60,749 nt of DNA from Prasinococcaceae sp. CCMP 1430 (lineage: Eukaryota > Plantae > Prasinodermophyta): assembly GCA_013416795.1 (NCBI GenBank), contig RQSC01000023.1:25323-86071 (forward strand), read 5' to 3'. The translations under genes and the position numbers were made by a program. Within the stretch, counting starts at the first letter, position 1, and each line of letters starts with the position of its first letter. The notes beneath the pieces are model-generated. The model was not told the origin of the DNA. It worked only from the letters and a program-made list of their open reading frames with translations, and searched no databases. Positions 21,330 to 32,283 of this stretch are shown here, piece by piece.

Positions 21330-23041
21330 TCAGCGCCGGCGTCGGCGCGTTCCGGCGCGCCGCGGGCGGGCGCGGCGGGCCCTACGCGGCGCGGTCGTAC
21401 CGCACTGCTTGTACGCGTCCATGCTGCCCTTGGTGTCGCCAATGTCTTTCTTGAGCTCGGCCATGGTGAGCAGCGCCAGCGCACGGAAATCCTTCGAGGG
21501 AAGCTCGGGCGCGGCCGCCTCCTCCAAGGCGCGGATCGCCTCGCGCGCCGACTCGGCGATGGCCTCCACATCGACCGCGTCGAAGTCGTCCTCGTCGGCG
21601 CTCGCCGAGCGCGCGGTGTCCGTGCTTTCCAATGCGGCCTCGGTCAGCTCCTTCCTTCTGTCGCCCCACGCGAGCCCCGCGTGCACCAGCGAGCGTTGCA
21701 TCTGCAGCAGCGCGTACTCGCGCTCAGAGCGGTCGCCGTAGCCCGCGGCAACCTCGACAGCAGCCGCCTCGGCGTCCTCGCCTGTGCTCGCAGCGCCATC
21801 GCCGCGCGCCGCCTCGGTCTCGTCGCCATCGTTCGGCTCAGCGGCACTGGATCCCTCAGGCGCCGCCGCAGGCGGCGCTGATGCCCCCTCGCCCTTGCCG
21901 CCACCGTCGTTGTCGCCGCCACTGCCACCGCCGCCATGGCGCGCAAGCCTCGCGAACTCCTCAGCGGCGTCTCGGAACGCATTTGCGGCGGCGGTCAGCT
22001 CGCGCTCCTTGAAGCGAACAGCGGCGGTGCCAAAGAGCGCGAGTCCAAGCGTTGGCTCCCTCGGCGTCCTCTTGGCCGCTGCACGCGCTGCCTCGAGCGC
22101 GGCGAGCGCGGCGCGCGAGTCGCCGGCGGCTGTTGCCTTGGCGGCCACTCGGACAAGGCGTGCGCCGTCAGCGAGAAGCTCCGGCGGCGGGCCCGAGGAG
22201 ATGCCGAGCGCGCGCTGTAGTGCAGGTGCGCGCAGCAGCGCGCGCTCGCACGCGCCCGCGGTGAGGTTCCCAAGCCAGTAGCAGTACACCGCCGGTGGCA
22301 GGAATGGCCCGGACGCCAGCACGCCCAGCCCGATGCACTGCGAGAGCGTGTGCCATAGGACCCCAAAGCCGCCGCTGCGGCGCACGCCCGCGGACAGAGT
22401 GAGGTAAATGCCGCCGCCCACGAGGCCCGAAAGCACGGCGGCGTGCGGCATCGTTCGCACGGGCTCGCACAGGTTGGCAAACCACAGCACGCCGCCGTCT
22501 TCGAGTCCAGGGAAGTAGAGCCCAGCCATGCGCCGCATGCCGCCCACAGCAACCACGAAGACTGGCAGCCGCACGGCGAGCGCGACGAGCGCCTGTGCAG
22601 GATGCGGGGCCCCCGCGCGTCTTCGCATCAGGCCAAATTGGTGCACCGTGGCGGAGACGTCCCATTGCGCCGCCTTGAGTGCAGCGGGACCCTTCGCCTC
22701 GGCGACCGAGAGGACCTGCTTCCGTGCGGCCGCCCACAGCGGCGTGAGTCGCACGATTGCGCGCGTGGACACGACCTGTGCTGGGACTGTCGCCACCTTC
22801 ACGACGAAGGCGCTGGCAGCGAGCGTAGCCCACCACGGCATGCCCGTCATGGATTGCAGTTCGGCCATGCCAAGCACCGCCTGCGCGTGGAAGCCGTGCA
22901 TCGCTGGCCAGCCGCCCCACGCTGCGGCGACCGACGAGAGCCCGCGGCGGCCGCCGCTCCCCCCGCCGCCGCCGCCACTGCCAGCCCCGCGACAGGCGCG
23001 CGTGATCACGGCCCCAGCGCGGAGCGCCACCCCCGGCGTCG
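21330..23041 (-). CDS. OXA2: YidC/Oxa1/Alb3 insertase with a C-terminal TPR-like extension (plant OXA2/COX18 type), 5' end in N-gap
   Basis: TGMPWWATLA, RLPVFV, PGLEDGGVLWFANL, PPAVYCYW, followed by about 280 aa of helical TPR-like repeats, as in Arabidopsis OXA2a/b. Confidence 0.75.
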
Positions 23042-23268
23042 NNNNNNNNNNNNNNNNNNNNNNNNNNNNNNNNNNNNNNNNNNNNNNNNNNNNNNNNNNN
23101 NNNNNNNNNNNNNNNNNNNNNNNNNNNNNNNNNNNNNNNNNNNNNNNNNNNNNNNNNNNNNNNNNNNNNNNNNNNNNNNNNNNNNNNNNNNNNNNNNNNN
23201 NNNNNNNNNNNNNNNNNNNNNNNNNNNNNNNNNNNNNNNNNNNNNNNNNNNNNNNNNNNNNNNNNNNN

Positions 23269-24386
23269 CGAAGCGCGCGCGCGCAGGCCGCGGCCGCTCG
23301 GGCGTCGCGGTGGAGGTGGGAGCGCGGCCCGCGACCGCGCGGGGCGCTATCGAGGTCAAGGTCGAGGCGGGTGCGGGCGAGTACACGGGCCCATTCCCGA
23401 GTGCGCGGAGGCCTCCCGCGCGCGACTTCTACGCGGCGGTCCGCTACCTCGCCGGGCGGCACGGCGACCCCGAGTGCTGGATCGGAAAGGGCGACGGCTG
23501 CTCACGCTTCGAGCGGCCGCGCGTGCTCGACTCGCTCGTGCGGACCATTCTCTCTCAGAACACGACCGACATCACCTCGCAGCGCGCATTCGCCAGCCTC
23601 AATCGCGCATACGGTGGGGACTATGCCAAGGTGAGGGGAAGGCCGTGCCATTGCGCCGCGTGCGCTGGCTGCGTGCTCTGGCGCTGACACATCCTGGTGC
23701 CTGCGGCGTCGCTGGCGGATCCGGCACGTGCCGCGTTGCGGCGGCGTCCGGTGCCCCGCCCCGGCGCGCCACAGGTTCGCGATGCACCCACTGCCGACGT
23801 CGCGACGGCAATCAGGGTCGGCGGCCTCGCCGACATCAAGGCAGGGCGCATTCAGACCATCCTCCGTACGCTCACTGAAGAGCAGCATGGCGTCGACGCG
23901 CCCGCCGAGGCGCAGCCATCCCTCGAGCACTTGCGAGACATGGACGACGAGGCCATCAAGGACAGCCTGACCAGGTTCAAGGGCGTCGGCCCAAAGACGG
24001 TCTCGTGCGTGCTCATGTTCGCGCTCAACAGGCAGGACTTTCCAGTGGACACGCACGTGTGGCAGTTGGCTCGGACGCTGGGATGGGTACCAAAGTCGGC
24101 CACCCGGGAGCAGACGTACGAGCACCTCAATCGCGTTGTGCCCAACGAGCTTAAGCACGACCTCCACGTCCTCATGGTGGAGCACGGCAAGCGCGACGGC
24201 CACGGAGCCGCTGGAATCCGGGGCGCTATCGCGAAGGCGGCCGCCGGGGGCGACTCCAAGTCTGTTGTGGTGAAGTCTGAGCAAGGCTCGCCGCCCGCAG
24301 CTGTCAAGATCGAGGTGGACGCGCCTCCGCTGGGTGAAGCGCCTGCGTCGCCGGGGGTCAAGGTCAAGCAGGAGCGGTTCGACTAG
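23269..24386 (+). CDS. HhH-GPD (endonuclease III family) DNA glycosylase; intron 23631-23774; 5' end in N-gap
   Basis: VLDSLVRTILSQNTTD, IRVGGLADIKAGRIQ, HhH LTRFKGVGPKTVSCVLMFAL, FPVDTHV. Canonical GT-AG intron restores the frame. Confidence 0.9.
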
Positions 24387-24737
24387 CGAGGGAGTGTCTG
24401 TAACTGTGTCAATGTTTCTTATTACTTGTTGTACATACTTGTGTGTGGAAGCGGGTGGGTGGGATGGGGCGCGATGGGGTGGGGCGGGGTGGGGTGGAGT
24501 AAGCACGGGGCGACGCTCAGCAATTGGCGGCGCCGAGTGGGGTCGTTGTCGCGGATGCCCACGCCGCGTGTCGTGGCAAAATGTGTCCGCGGTGCAAACG
24601 CCCGACGCGAGGCGGCGACACCCTCTCGGGCGCCGCCGTTCAGCTCGCGAGCGGTTTCAATGCGGCCGGAGCGTGCGCCCCTCACTCTCGCGCGATCTCA
24701 GTTAGACCATCCGGCACTGCTGTCTGCTTTGGGGTAT

Positions 24738-24780
24738 CCCGCCGCGCCTTGCGGCAGGCGGGCCCCGGAGTTGCCCCCGG
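24738..24780 (-). other. Two adjacent stem-loops with GCAA tetraloops (possible structured RNA segment)
   Basis: Minus strand reads CCGGGG-GCAA-CTCCGG, then CCCGCC-TGCC-GCAA-GGCG-C-GGCGGG. Each stem has a G-U pair that forms only on this strand. Confidence 0.3.
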
Positions 24781-25701
24781 AGGAGACGCCGGGAGGAATA
24801 TCGGTGACCACGCCAATTGCATTTGTTTCGGGCGCATCCACCCGCACACTAACCACCACACACGTGCGCGCCCTCGTGCGGCATGTCGCTCAAGCACACG
24901 CAACCAATGGCACACCGGCGCGTGCACGCGCGCACACTCGCTGCGCGCCCAGTGCTAGCGCGACGCCCGGCATCCTACCGCCCCCTCGTGCGCGAAATGC
25001 TCGCGCGAGCGCGCCATGCGCACCATCCTTGCCCGTAGAGCGCGCGCCCCATCACTCGAGGCCCAGTCCAGGGGCGCAGTGAGCGCACGCAGGATGCGGC
25101 CCTCGCCCTCGGGCGCGTCCGCCAGCTAGGACGCGACGAGCAGCCGCCGCGAGTCGCCCGCCGCCGCGGGGGCGGCCGCCGCGCAGTCCATCGCCATCAA
25201 AGGCCCGTGCGCTGCTGCGGGCGGCGACGGCCACGACGGCGGCTGTGAGTGGTCTCTCTCCGCAACCCCCACCTTCAGCCCTCCACCCGTCGCTCGCCAG
25301 GCGGGCGGGCCGCGCTCCCCCCTACCAGGGACGCGCCCTGTGCCGCGCCGCGCCGGCCCGCCCGCCCTAACCTTTTTTTTTATCCGCGCGGAATTTCGGC
25401 GGCGTTTCCATAGCCCAAATGTCTATCTGTCTTTCAAGGGGGAAAAAAAACCGCCCATTGGCCGTTGAGGGTAACGAGTGCCACGTCGACTCGGCACAAA
25501 AGGGCCCAACCCCAAATCCAATCCCGCTCACGAACCCGAACCGCAAGGTGCCACACCCGGTATAAAACGCGCGCGCGTAGCGCGACGTACGGGGGTGCGG
25601 GTCTCAACCCCGGTTGGGACCTCCTGGATGTGTTGGGGCTGGCTGTACTCGCACGGCCCGCGTTCCCCGAGCGCGCCCGCCGGCGTTCCCCGACCGAGCA
25701 C

Positions 25702-25741
25702 CCGATGGCATCCGACGCCATCCAATGCCATCCGATGGCAT
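25702..25741. repeat. Degenerate 10-bp tandem repeat, 4 copies
   Basis: CCGATGGCAT / CCGACGCCAT / CCAATGCCAT / CCGATGGCAT. Confidence 0.7.
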
Positions 25742-26271
25742 CGCGGATTCGGGGTGTGTGTGTTGTTCCCCGAGCGCCCTCCGTCGGGCGACAGGTTCGG
25801 TGGGGCGGTGCCACGTGAGCACGCAATCGAGGCAATCTTTCATCTTTTGTGAGGCGCGCGCGCGGCACACGCCGCGCGGCGCGCGGAGCGCTGCGGGGCG
25901 GGGCGGGGGGACGCCTCTGAAAACAACCTTCTCAAAAAGAATTCTTGTATGGTTTTTTCCAAAAAAAAGACCCCCCTGCTCGCGAGCAGGCGCGCCGGTT
26001 CGGCGCGCTCAGCGCGACGCCCCATCGCCGTGCTCGGCAGGGGGGGGCGGGGTGCTGGGGCGAGGAGGCGCCCGCTCGAGGGCGGGCTGGCGCACGCGTT
26101 TCCGCCGGGCCGCCGCCGTTTCGTGTGCGCCCCGCGGCGGACGGGCACTGCGGCGTCCGCCAATCCGCCCCCTCGGATACTGCAGAGTAGGAGGACGGCA
26201 CGCGGTGGGCGGGAGCGCAGATGGGCGCGCGCGCGCGTCACAGGGAAAGGGCAGCGAGGGGCGGGAGAGTG

Positions 26272-27012
26272 ATGCGCGGCCACCGGCGGCTCGCGAGCTC
26301 GGCCGCGCTGCTCGTCGTCCTCTCGCTGGCGGCAGTGGGCGCGGCTGCTGCACGCGCTGTGCTCCATGAAACTCTCGCGGGCGATACGCACGAGGCTAGC
26401 GACGCCAGCGCAGCCGCGGAGGGCGGCAGTGCTCACCAGAAAGTGGCAGCGACGGGAATGCCAGTCAAAGACGGCGCGGCCAAGCCGCGCGCCGTCCTGT
26501 GGCACTACTGGCTTTCGGACGCCACCCTCGCAGGCCAAAGCAAGTGCCGGATGGACCGCACGCGCCCGTGCATGTACCCATGCAGCTGCCTGGGCAAGCT
26601 CTGCTTCAAGACGTGCACAAGCTACTGCCATCAGCTGTGCAACGACGAGGCAGACGATGCGTCCGCCGCCGGTGCGGTGAACGCGACCGGGAGTGTCGAG
26701 TATCCTGCCGAGGCGATGGGGGCCGGCGAGGTGGCCGTGTTGGCGGTGGCGCTGGTCTTTATCACCTCTGTTGTCGTGGTTGGCGCGCTCTTAGTGCGAG
26801 TGCATGCGGCAGCGGGGGAGGCGGTGCCCGTCGGGTGGTCGAGAGAACAAATGGTGCGTGGGAGCGAGCTGTACGAGGGCTGGCCTGAGGGAAGCCACGC
26901 GCTGAGGAAGCACCTTACGAGCAGGGGCCAGCTATGCGACGGCTGGCGAGCAGAAAGCCACGCGTACGGGCGCACGCCGCCCTGTCCCAATTTTGACAAT
27001 TTTGATGTCTAG
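26272..27012 (+). CDS. Hypothetical type-I membrane protein with an 8-Cys extracellular motif
   Basis: Signal-like LLVVLSLAAVGAAAA, motif C-x7-C-x3-C-x-C-x4-C-x3-C-x3-C-x3-C, and TM segment VAVLAVALVFITSVVVVGALLV. Confidence 0.65.
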   Translation: MRGHRRLASSAALLVVLSLAAVGAAAARAVLHETLAGDTHEASDASAAAEGGSAHQKVAATGMPVKDGAAKPRAVLWHYWLSDATLAGQSKCRMDRTRPCMYPCSCLGKLCFKTCTSYCHQLCNDEADDASAAGAVNATGSVEYPAEAMGAGEVAVLAVALVFITSVVVVGALLVRVHAAAGEAVPVGWSREQMVRGSELYEGWPEGSHALRKHLTSRGQLCDGWRAESHAYGRTPPCPNFDNFDV

Positions 27013-27315
27013 GAAATGCCACGTAAGTTAATAGCGATAGCGGCCATCGGGCGCTGTGATCTTGGAAGTGCGACGCGAGCGTGGCGCCACCACGACGGCG
27101 CGCGCGCGCACTGTGGTTCGTGCGCACGCGGGGTCGTGTGGCACACTGATGTTCCGCTCCGCCCATGCAAAAGCCGTTTGTCCGTTCTGTCTATGTCCTT
27201 CATGCTCTCGTCGCCACGCGGACGCCACAGCACTTCTCGCTGCTGCGTGCATGCCCGGCGTCTCAAGTCGCCCGTGTCGGTGCGTGTCGGCGATGGTCAG
27301 GGTCTGCTTCCGTCC

Positions 27316-28848
27316 CTAGTCGTCCGCTTCGGGGGCCGGTGCAGGCCCCGGCGCGCCCTCGTCGCCGAAGCCGAGGGCATCCTTGATGGTATCGATGATG
27401 CCGCCGACGCTCAGCTGCGTCTCCACGAGCTCAGTCTCGGTGCCGAACGAGGCGATGTCGAGTTCAGGCTCCTTGTCCTTCTTGTTGTTGTTCTTCTTCT
27501 TCGTCTCAGCACTGTCCGAGTCGTCGAGGGCGGGCTGCGCCTCCGCTTCCTCCGGCTCCGCTTCCTCTGGCTCGGGGCACACGGGCGTGTATCTAAGATA
27601 CACCAGCGCCGCGTTGGCATTCTCCTCGTCCGTCCAGAAGCGCTTCCCGCCCTCGGTGATCTCGTCGCCGCCATCCACGCCGCGCGCCGATTTGAAGACG
27701 ACATCAACCTTGTACAGCGGGCCACCCGGGCGCAGCGTTGCGAGCCACTCGCGATGCGATCCCAGGCCGACCATGTCAGGGCACCACCCCTTGTCGCCCG
27801 TGCCGTCAGGGAAAGGGCCGGGGCATTCGCCCTGGTTGGGCAGCTGGTCCTTGTCGTTGGTCGTCTCCAGGAGGCTCAGGGGGATGCGGTAGGACAGTTC
27901 GGGGAAGCCCTCGCCCTCTGAACCCGCCTCGGACTCCTCGTCCTCCTTGCGCGAAGCGGTGTCGATCACCGCGGGCTCGAATGCCGCGACCGCGGCGAAG
28001 CTGTCGGTGCCGTCGGTGCCGTTGGTGGCAGGGGCGACCTGCGCCTCCTCGAGCAGCATTTGCGCATCGTACGTCGTGAGCACCAGCTCCACGCTGGTCA
28101 AGAAAGCGGGCATGATGACGTAATTTTCGTGCCAGAGCACACCCGCGAAGGTCTCGATGGCGGAGGCGTCAGGGTCGTCGCAGTCCGGCGTGCACGGCAG
28201 CTCGAGCGGCAGGGGGATGCGCGACTCGAAGCAGAAGCTCGACTGGTCCTCGTAGCGGACGCCCTTCCAATCGAACGGCACCAAGCCCCACGACACCTTG
28301 GAGCCCTCCGGCTGGCGGCTCGGCCTGGCCATCGTGGCGGGCTCCACCGGGCGCTGCACGGTGGTGCCCGTGGCGGGGCCGGCCTGCTGGCCGTCGCCCC
28401 CGTGGTTGAGCTCGCACACGCCGTACGTCGGCTCCGGCGAGGTGTAGAGCGGGATGGCGCCGTTCTCGAAGACGCCCTCCACGCCGATCTCCACGGTGTA
28501 GGTCGAGTCCGGGTCGTCGCACACGCCGGGTGTGGCAGTGGGCGCCTCGGTGGGCGCCTCGGTGGGCGCCACGACGGGGGCCGCGGTGCAGCCAATGCCG
28601 CACAGCTGGCACGCGTCATCGCAGCAGTCGTCGCGCTCCTCGCAGCCGGCGTCGCACCCACAGATGAGCTCGCGCTGCTCCATCGAGGCGAGGGTCACGC
28701 TGCCAGGGCCGACCTGGCAGCGGCTGACGCACGTGTTGATGGCGTCGGGCCTCAGCTCCTGCGCCTCGGCGAGCACGCCCGCGCCCACCGCCGCGAGCAC
28801 GACGAGCGCCGCCCAGGCCAGCGGCGCCGCATCGCGGCGCGGCGCCAT
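27316..28848 (-). CDS. Secreted protein with a somatomedin-B-like domain and a Pro/Thr linker
   Basis: Signal peptide LAWAALVVLAAVGAGVLA, TCVSRC...CGCDAGCEERDDCCDDACQLC (SMB-like Cys spacing), PTEAPTEAPTATP linker. ATG at 28848, 510 aa. Confidence 0.75.
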   Translation of the reverse strand: MAPRRDAAPLAWAALVVLAAVGAGVLAEAQELRPDAINTCVSRCQVGPGSVTLASMEQRELICGCDAGCEERDDCCDDACQLCGIGCTAAPVVAPTEAPTEAPTATPGVCDDPDSTYTVEIGVEGVFENGAIPLYTSPEPTYGVCELNHGGDGQQAGPATGTTVQRPVEPATMARPSRQPEGSKVSWGLVPFDWKGVRYEDQSSFCFESRIPLPLELPCTPDCDDPDASAIETFAGVLWHENYVIMPAFLTSVELVLTTYDAQMLLEEAQVAPATNGTDGTDSFAAVAAFEPAVIDTASRKEDEESEAGSEGEGFPELSYRIPLSLLETTNDKDQLPNQGECPGPFPDGTGDKGWCPDMVGLGSHREWLATLRPGGPLYKVDVVFKSARGVDGGDEITEGGKRFWTDEENANAALVYLRYTPVCPEPEEAEPEEAEAQPALDDSDSAETKKKNNNKKDKEPELDIASFGTETELVETQLSVGGIIDTIKDALGFGDEGAPGPAPAPEADD

Positions 28849-30905
28849 CCCGCACCGCCGAGCTCGTCGCGGGGCCGCCCTTGGCAGGGCGTCTGCTGCG
28901 CGCTGGACCCTCGCGTGCCCGCGCGCAGAAGCGCCGGCGACAGCGCGCGCCTCGGCTGTCAGCCCCCCTCCCCTCCCCTCCCCTCCCCGCACCGCACTGC
29001 ACCGCACCGCACCGCACCGCATCGCCGGCGCGCGCGGTGCGGCGCGTGAGCCCCACACGCCGGTTTTGGAGTTTGCACCGGGGAAGACCCCTGTCTGCGC
29101 CCTGTCACCCCAGGTCAGAAAAGAGCACAACACACGGGAGCTCGCGTTGGTGGGTCGCGCTGCGTCACGCACTCGGGTGGGGGGTGCTGGTCTATTTATT
29201 ACGCCGGCGTTCGCAGTCGTCCACCTGCGCGCCTTCGAATGCTCGGTGCCAAGTTGGTGTGGTATTCGGGCGCACCTTTGCGGGGCGCGTTTGACTGACG
29301 TTGGCACGGCGTTGACGCGTCTCGTCAACCCATGGCGGCGCGCCGGGCGGGCGAATACAAGCGGCGGCGGGGCAGCAGAGGAAAGTGGGAAGGAACGGCT
29401 GACCTCAGAGCGGGACCTTCCGCTCTCGCCGGTTTGCTCGAGGCACCCTTCCTCCCGGAGCCCTGCCCGACGCCGCTAACTCGCGACCGACCGGCAGGCG
29501 GCTGCAAGGGGGGGGGGGCTCGTCGACGTCGGTGTGGTATGTTTTTGAGTCGGATGCACGGGTGAGGGCACGAGGGTCCAGTGATAAAAAGAAAGAGAGC
29601 CTCTACGATCGATTAGGTACCGCCGTACCGCGTGCACGTTCAAGTTGGTGCGACAGGTGACCATCCGCAGGCATGCGTACGCGGCGTCGGTGCCCGTGCC
29701 CTGTGCGGTGGTCTGGTCATGCGCATCTCCTGTATGCGGCGGAGCGCTGTGCTGGTTGACTGCGCCCCCGCACCGCGGGCGCCAATTTTCGGAGCAAGGG
29801 AAACCACCTCCTCGGAAGGAGCGCATGCGAGCGAGCGTCCAGACCCGGCATGCCGAGCGAGTGGGTGTGCGGCGCTGACGTCCGATGACCGCCGCGGGCG
29901 CACTGCCTTCAGTACATGTTTGCCACCGCAGCGCTCGCACCCGCAAGAGAGAGAGGCTAACCGGCCGTCCGGTCAACCGCTGGTCAATTTGGCGGGAAAA
30001 AAGAGCGCAGATCACGGACCCTCTATTATACCCTTATTCCGTCACGAGTGCAATCTCTTCATTTTCATAGTACTGTGTACGGGACACCGGTCGAAACCTA
30101 AACCCTCCCCCCCTCTCGTCGCGCGCGCGGCGCCGCGGGCAGCTCTCCACCACACCCGCCCACCTACCCACATCCCACATCCCACATCCGCAGGGGCGCG
30201 CCCCGCCGGCCGTGAGCGCCTTCATTCAAGCCACACTTCGGATGTGACGCCCGCCACACCATGGCTGGCTGGCTGGGCGCATGGGCGGGAGCGTGGGCCG
30301 GACACCGGCCGGGACCTGGCTGGCCTGGCTGGCTGGACTCCCGCCCCGGCCGGTTCGTCGTCGGCCGGCCCCCTCCCCTGCCTGCCTGCCTGCCTGCTGC
30401 CGCGGGTCGTGTGTGACCGCATCCGATCTTCGATCTATCCATCGCCCGCGTTCGCCAACCACCCATCAACTGTTTTTCGCACGCGTGTGGCTGGGCGGAT
30501 GTTGGGACCGGCCAACCAACCAGGTTACGGCCCGGCCAGGAAGGCGTGCCTGCCCGTCCGCCCGACGGCAGAGGAAGACCTCACACCCATGCACGCACGC
30601 ACGCACGCACACACACCCCCGCGTCGCCGTCCGCTCTGCGCGGCTGTGAGAGCCACCCCCGCACGTGGGGTGGTCCGCGGCGCGCGTGGGTTGGGTCGGA
30701 GGCCGCCAACCAATTCCACGTGGCTGAGTCAGCGGCCCGCTCGCGCGCGCGCTCGCGCGCGCGCGCGCGCATTGGCGGGGTCGGTCGGTCGGGGAACGCG
30801 CGCGCGCGTGCGTGCTGTGCGAGGCTGGCTGGCGTACTGACTGAGGCCGAGGGCCGGGAGCGCGACGCGCGGGTGGGGGCGCTGGCGCTACGGCTGGATG
30901 CCGCG

Positions 30906-31957
30906 ATGAGGCAGGAAGAACGCCAGCAGCAGGAGAGACGGCAGCAGCAGCAGCTGCAGCAGCACGGCAGGCGCCGCGGACTGCAGCAGCGCGGGCCATG
31001 GGACGTCGAGGCGGCTGCCGCTGCTTCTGCCGGTTGCGGCGCCGGCGCTTCGCGGGGCGCGACGTCGAGGGCCGCGAGCGCCGCCGTGCGCGCGGGCTGG
31101 CTACCGAAGGGTGCGCTGCCCGCCGCTGGCCTCGTCGACGAGGTCAGCGTCGTGGGCTCGCGCNGCTCGGCCGGAACGGACTGGGCAGGAACGGCGTCAA
31201 GCCGGCCTCGCGCCCGGACGCGTGGGTCGGCGCCGTGCTCGCCGAGCGCTTCCGCGCGGTGGGCGCCGCGCTGCGGACGCCCTACCCGGACTGCCAGGAC
31301 GCCGAGTGCCTGCTGGAGGAGTACGCCGAATTCGTCGAGGCGCACGAGCCCGCGCTCGCGCGCCTGGGCGTCGCCGCGGAGCTGAGGCTCGTGCCAGCGT
31401 ACGCCGCGCGCGTGGCCATCGTGGCGCTGCGCGTGCTGGTCACGTGGCTCGAGCCCGGCGCCACCGCGCTGGCGGCGCGCCACTACGAGGCCGGCCGCGA
31501 GGTGCCGCCCGCGCTCACCAGGCTCACCGAGGTGATGGTCAGCGCCAAACACGTCGCAGTGGCCGCTTCTGCGTGCCCCGCGGGGGCTGTCGAGGATCTG
31601 GCAGACGCCCTCGACATGGCTCTCGAAGCGCACCGCGCCACGCCATCGGCGCTGCTCTCGCGCGCCGAGGAGGCCGCCACATCCAAGGTCTCCATCACGG
31701 GGGCCGTGCCCGAGGCCGCGCCCCAGGTGGACCCGCTCGCGCCTGAAAAGGTGGCGCAGTCGCTCGAGGGCATGATCGAGGCAGGCCTGCGCTCGCACGA
31801 GGGATCCATGCGCGGTGGAAGCGCCGCGCTGACGGCGCTCAACCGCTCCACGTCGGCTTGCTCGCTGCATTCAATTGACTGCTCCAGCAGTCGCGAGGGC
31901 TCAATGGGGGGGGCGAACGATGCATTCGAGTCGCTCTTCTTAGCGGAGGCCAATTAG
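30906..31957 (+). CDS. Hypothetical protein; frame broken at the single-N join (31164)
   Basis: Protein-like frame 31170-31957 (CLLEEYAEFVEAHEPALARLGV...). An upstream Gln-rich frame from ATG 30906 changes phase at the N. Confidence 0.55.
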
Positions 31958-32283
31958 CCCGAGCATCAACGCGAATCACACGAATGATGAGAGCGAGAGA
32001 AAACGAAGCAAGAGGACGGGAGAAGTAGGAAGCGCGCGCGCACGAGCGGCGCTCCGGCGACGCGACGCGCGGGGGCGTAACAAGGCTCTCACGAGCGCGT
32101 CCCGCCGGGATGAAACACAAACACGCGTTCACTTACAGTAGCATGCATCGCCCTGCCGGCGCCCCCGCGCCGCCCGCCTGCTCCCGCGCGTCACGCCGCC
32201 AGCCATGACGCAGGCCTGCGAGCGCAAAGGGCGCCTCTGGCCTGTGCGCTTGTGACACAGAAACACGCAACGCGACACAGAGC

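Noticed and set aside
21330-22200. TPR extension on the Oxa1 insertase as a novel fusion
   Set aside because: Already described for plant OXA2a/OXA2b.
25655-25780. CRISPR-like repeats starting GTTCCCCG
   Set aside because: Only 8-9 nt are shared, spacing is irregular, there are three copies, no cas genes, and the context is eukaryotic.
29332-30015. Short ORFs in the interval between the SMB protein and the next gene
   Set aside because: No recognisable motifs, GC3 bias or splice signals.
30024-30477. Telomerase RNA candidate: TATTATA, template-like CCTAAACCCT (30097-106), T5 at 30473
   Set aside because: A T4 run at 30062-65 would terminate Pol III early, USE-like TCCCACATC copies lie downstream rather than upstream, and the unit conflicts with the TTAGGG motifs seen elsewhere.
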